From NCBI RefSeq assembly GCF_018350175.1, contig NC_058383.1:868001-932000 (forward strand): a DNA stretch of 64,000 nt, in the 5' to 3' direction. Source of the DNA: Felis catus. Its lineage: Eukaryota. Shown one piece after another: positions 62,095-64,000 of this stretch. The translations under genes and the position numbers were made by a program. Within the stretch, counting starts at the first letter, position 1, and each line of letters starts with the position of its first letter. The notes beneath the pieces are model-generated. The model worked only from the letters and a program-made list of their open reading frames with translations. It was not told where the DNA came from and did not search any database.

Positions 62095-62555
62095 GATCTT
62101 CTATAACATGACTGACATCCCTCCTACCTCCCACTGAGATGTGGGATCTACGTCCCCACCTCGAGTCTCAGTGGGGGCTGTGATTGCTCCATCACAGGAG
62201 CAAGGATCGTTGCAAGATAGACTTCTCCGGCTGAGTCCGAAAAGGATGTAGCTTCCACCTGGTGCCCTCTCTGTCTCTGCCTCCGTCTCTCTCTCCCTCC
62301 TCGGGAACCTGAGCTTCCAGGCACCAAGCCTGGCCCCCAGCCACCACGGTGCAGAGACCACATGGAGAGGGCCCGGAGACAGTGACGCCCCAGCTGCCAC
62401 AGAGGCCTCCCGGCTCAGGCGCCGGCCATGTCCGTGCAAGTGAGGAGCCTCAGGTGCGGCGGCCGACCCTAGAGACATAAGAATCGGAACCATAAAATGC
62501 TGTTGCTTGAAGGTAAATCTGGGACGGCCTGCAGTCTGGCAAGAGCTGACTGGCA
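62095..62555 (+). mobile_element. Probable older MaLR (MLT1) LTR remnant
   Basis: gacatccctcc...gtgggatctacgtccccacct...ccacatggagagg...taaaatgctgttgcttgaag. Confidence 0.55.
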
Positions 62556-62562
62556 TAGCGAT

Positions 62563-62762
62563 GGGAGAAAGAGAAGGAGAGAGAGAAAAGGAGGGGGGGA
62601 GGGGGAAGGGGAGGGGAGGGGGGAGGGAGGAGGGGGAGGGGGAGAGGAGGAAGGTGGAGGGAGGAGGAGGAGGGGGAGAGGAGGGTGGAGGGAGAAGGAG
62701 GGAAGGGGGAGGGGGAGAGGAGGAAGGAGGGGAGAGGGAGGAGGGAGGAGGGGAGAGGAGAA
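62563..62762. repeat. Pure purine (GA-rich) low-complexity tract
   Basis: About 200 nt of G/A with essentially no pyrimidines. Confidence 0.92.
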
Positions 62763-64000
62763 TAGAGGCCTGGAGGAGCAGGGGCCACAGGGCTGCGTGC
62801 CTCAGGAGACCACGGCCCCGGGCAGACACCTGCAGCCTAGCGCTGGGTCCCAGGGGCTGGAAGGCCCCTAGGCCTGGCCTGAGCCCTCCTCCCAGCCCCC
62901 TCATTCACAGGGACCCTCCTGTCCCCAGGGGGGTGTCCTCTGAGGGGGGCTCCTACTACCCCCAGATCACAGTTTGTGGGTGCGGCGAGCCCCTTGCCAC
63001 CCATCACGGACTCCCCTGTGGTGCCAGGCACTGGGCGTGCACCTGCTCTGCGCTGCTCCGACGTGTACGGGGGAGCTGGCACGGGGGCGGTGGCGGGCAG
63101 CTGAGGCTCCCCTTCTCTGAGCCCCTGAGCCCCCAGCCTGGCCGTCAGGTCAGGAAGACCTGGGGCCTCAGGCATGCACAGCCCTGGTCCTATCTGCAGT
63201 TCCTGGAGCGTGGGGAAAACTGCACGCGGTCCCCCCTAGGTGGCCCTCTTCAGGCGCTGCGGTGTCGCCACTGTCCGGCAGGGGCCGCCACGCCACCACA
63301 TTCTGTCCCGTGGTGCCGCTGGCCCTGCAGGCCAACGGGAGGAAGGGAGACCTGGTTTCCTCCGAGTGGTAGGCCTCCACCCCTGCCCCATTACTGGGCT
63401 TTTGTAATTCGGGGGCACAGTCGCCCAGCCCCACGGACCAACCCTGAAAGCCCCAAGTGGCAGCCGGCCCAGCCCCCACACCCGTCCCGGACCCCCTGTC
63501 CTCCCAACACCGCCCGCCCACCTGAGCCTCCTGGGCCCCACACCTGCAGCCCCAAGCTTCCAGCCTTGACTTCGCCGCCCCCCCCCCCCAGGACCCACAA
63601 GCCGGGTGTCCCCCAGGAAGCACAGGGCTGTCCTCTGCTGGGCAGGGTGGTAGTCGATGAAATCCCAAACTGGAAGGTGGCAAGCAGAACGCTGGCCCGG
63701 GAGCTCTTTCCCCAGAACTCCCCCCGCCAGTGTCATGGCGGAGCACAGCGGTCAGGGTGGTGGGATCATCTCTGCCGATACATCTCCCGCCTCACGATCC
63801 CTGTGCCCCTTCTAAGTAACTTCCTGTCCCACCTCCTTCCCCTCCTCCGGTGACCTGTCCGGGACATGCCGTGGCCGAGACAGCACGACCAGGCTCCGGG
63901 GTCCCGGGAATTCAGGTGCAGTGCCGGCCCCGGGGGCCATGGGCATACGCCCCTCCTCCTGTCCCCTGACCGCTCTGCGTGGGCTCCCCCTGGAGATGCA

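Noticed and set aside
62507..63853. 448-aa plus-strand ORF
   Set aside because: Runs through a purine low-complexity tract and MIR/LTR debris; no domain.

Overview
GC-rich felid (cat-family) genomic DNA, identified by abundant tRNA-derived CAN-SINEs of the SINEC_Fc type. The window holds one complete, intact protein-coding gene on the minus strand: ADAP1 (ArfGAP with dual PH domains 1 / centaurin-alpha1). It has 11 coding exons from ATG at 53757 to TAA at 2703, 1125 nt or 374 aa, with all introns GT-AG, and a CpG-island promoter at about 53.2-54.3 kb. The first ~330 bp probably hold the 3' end of the convergent neighbour (GET4 by mammalian synteny; no coding sequence visible). Introns are filled with old L1 fragments, about 30 SINEs, MaLR LTRs, a MER58A and simple repeats. 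I found no new gene or novel system. The most notable structure is a ~1.58 kb, ~98% identical tract shared by two otherwise diverged old L1 copies 35 kb apart, which looks like directional ectopic gene conversion of a strongly GC/CpG-shifted L1. Also notable: a disabled homologue of a human ADAP1 alternative first exon, two uORFs, a frame-preserving last intron, and a tiny polyadenylated retro-insert. Repeat family names and human comparisons are from recall of consensus sequences, not database searches. Repeat boundaries are approximate.
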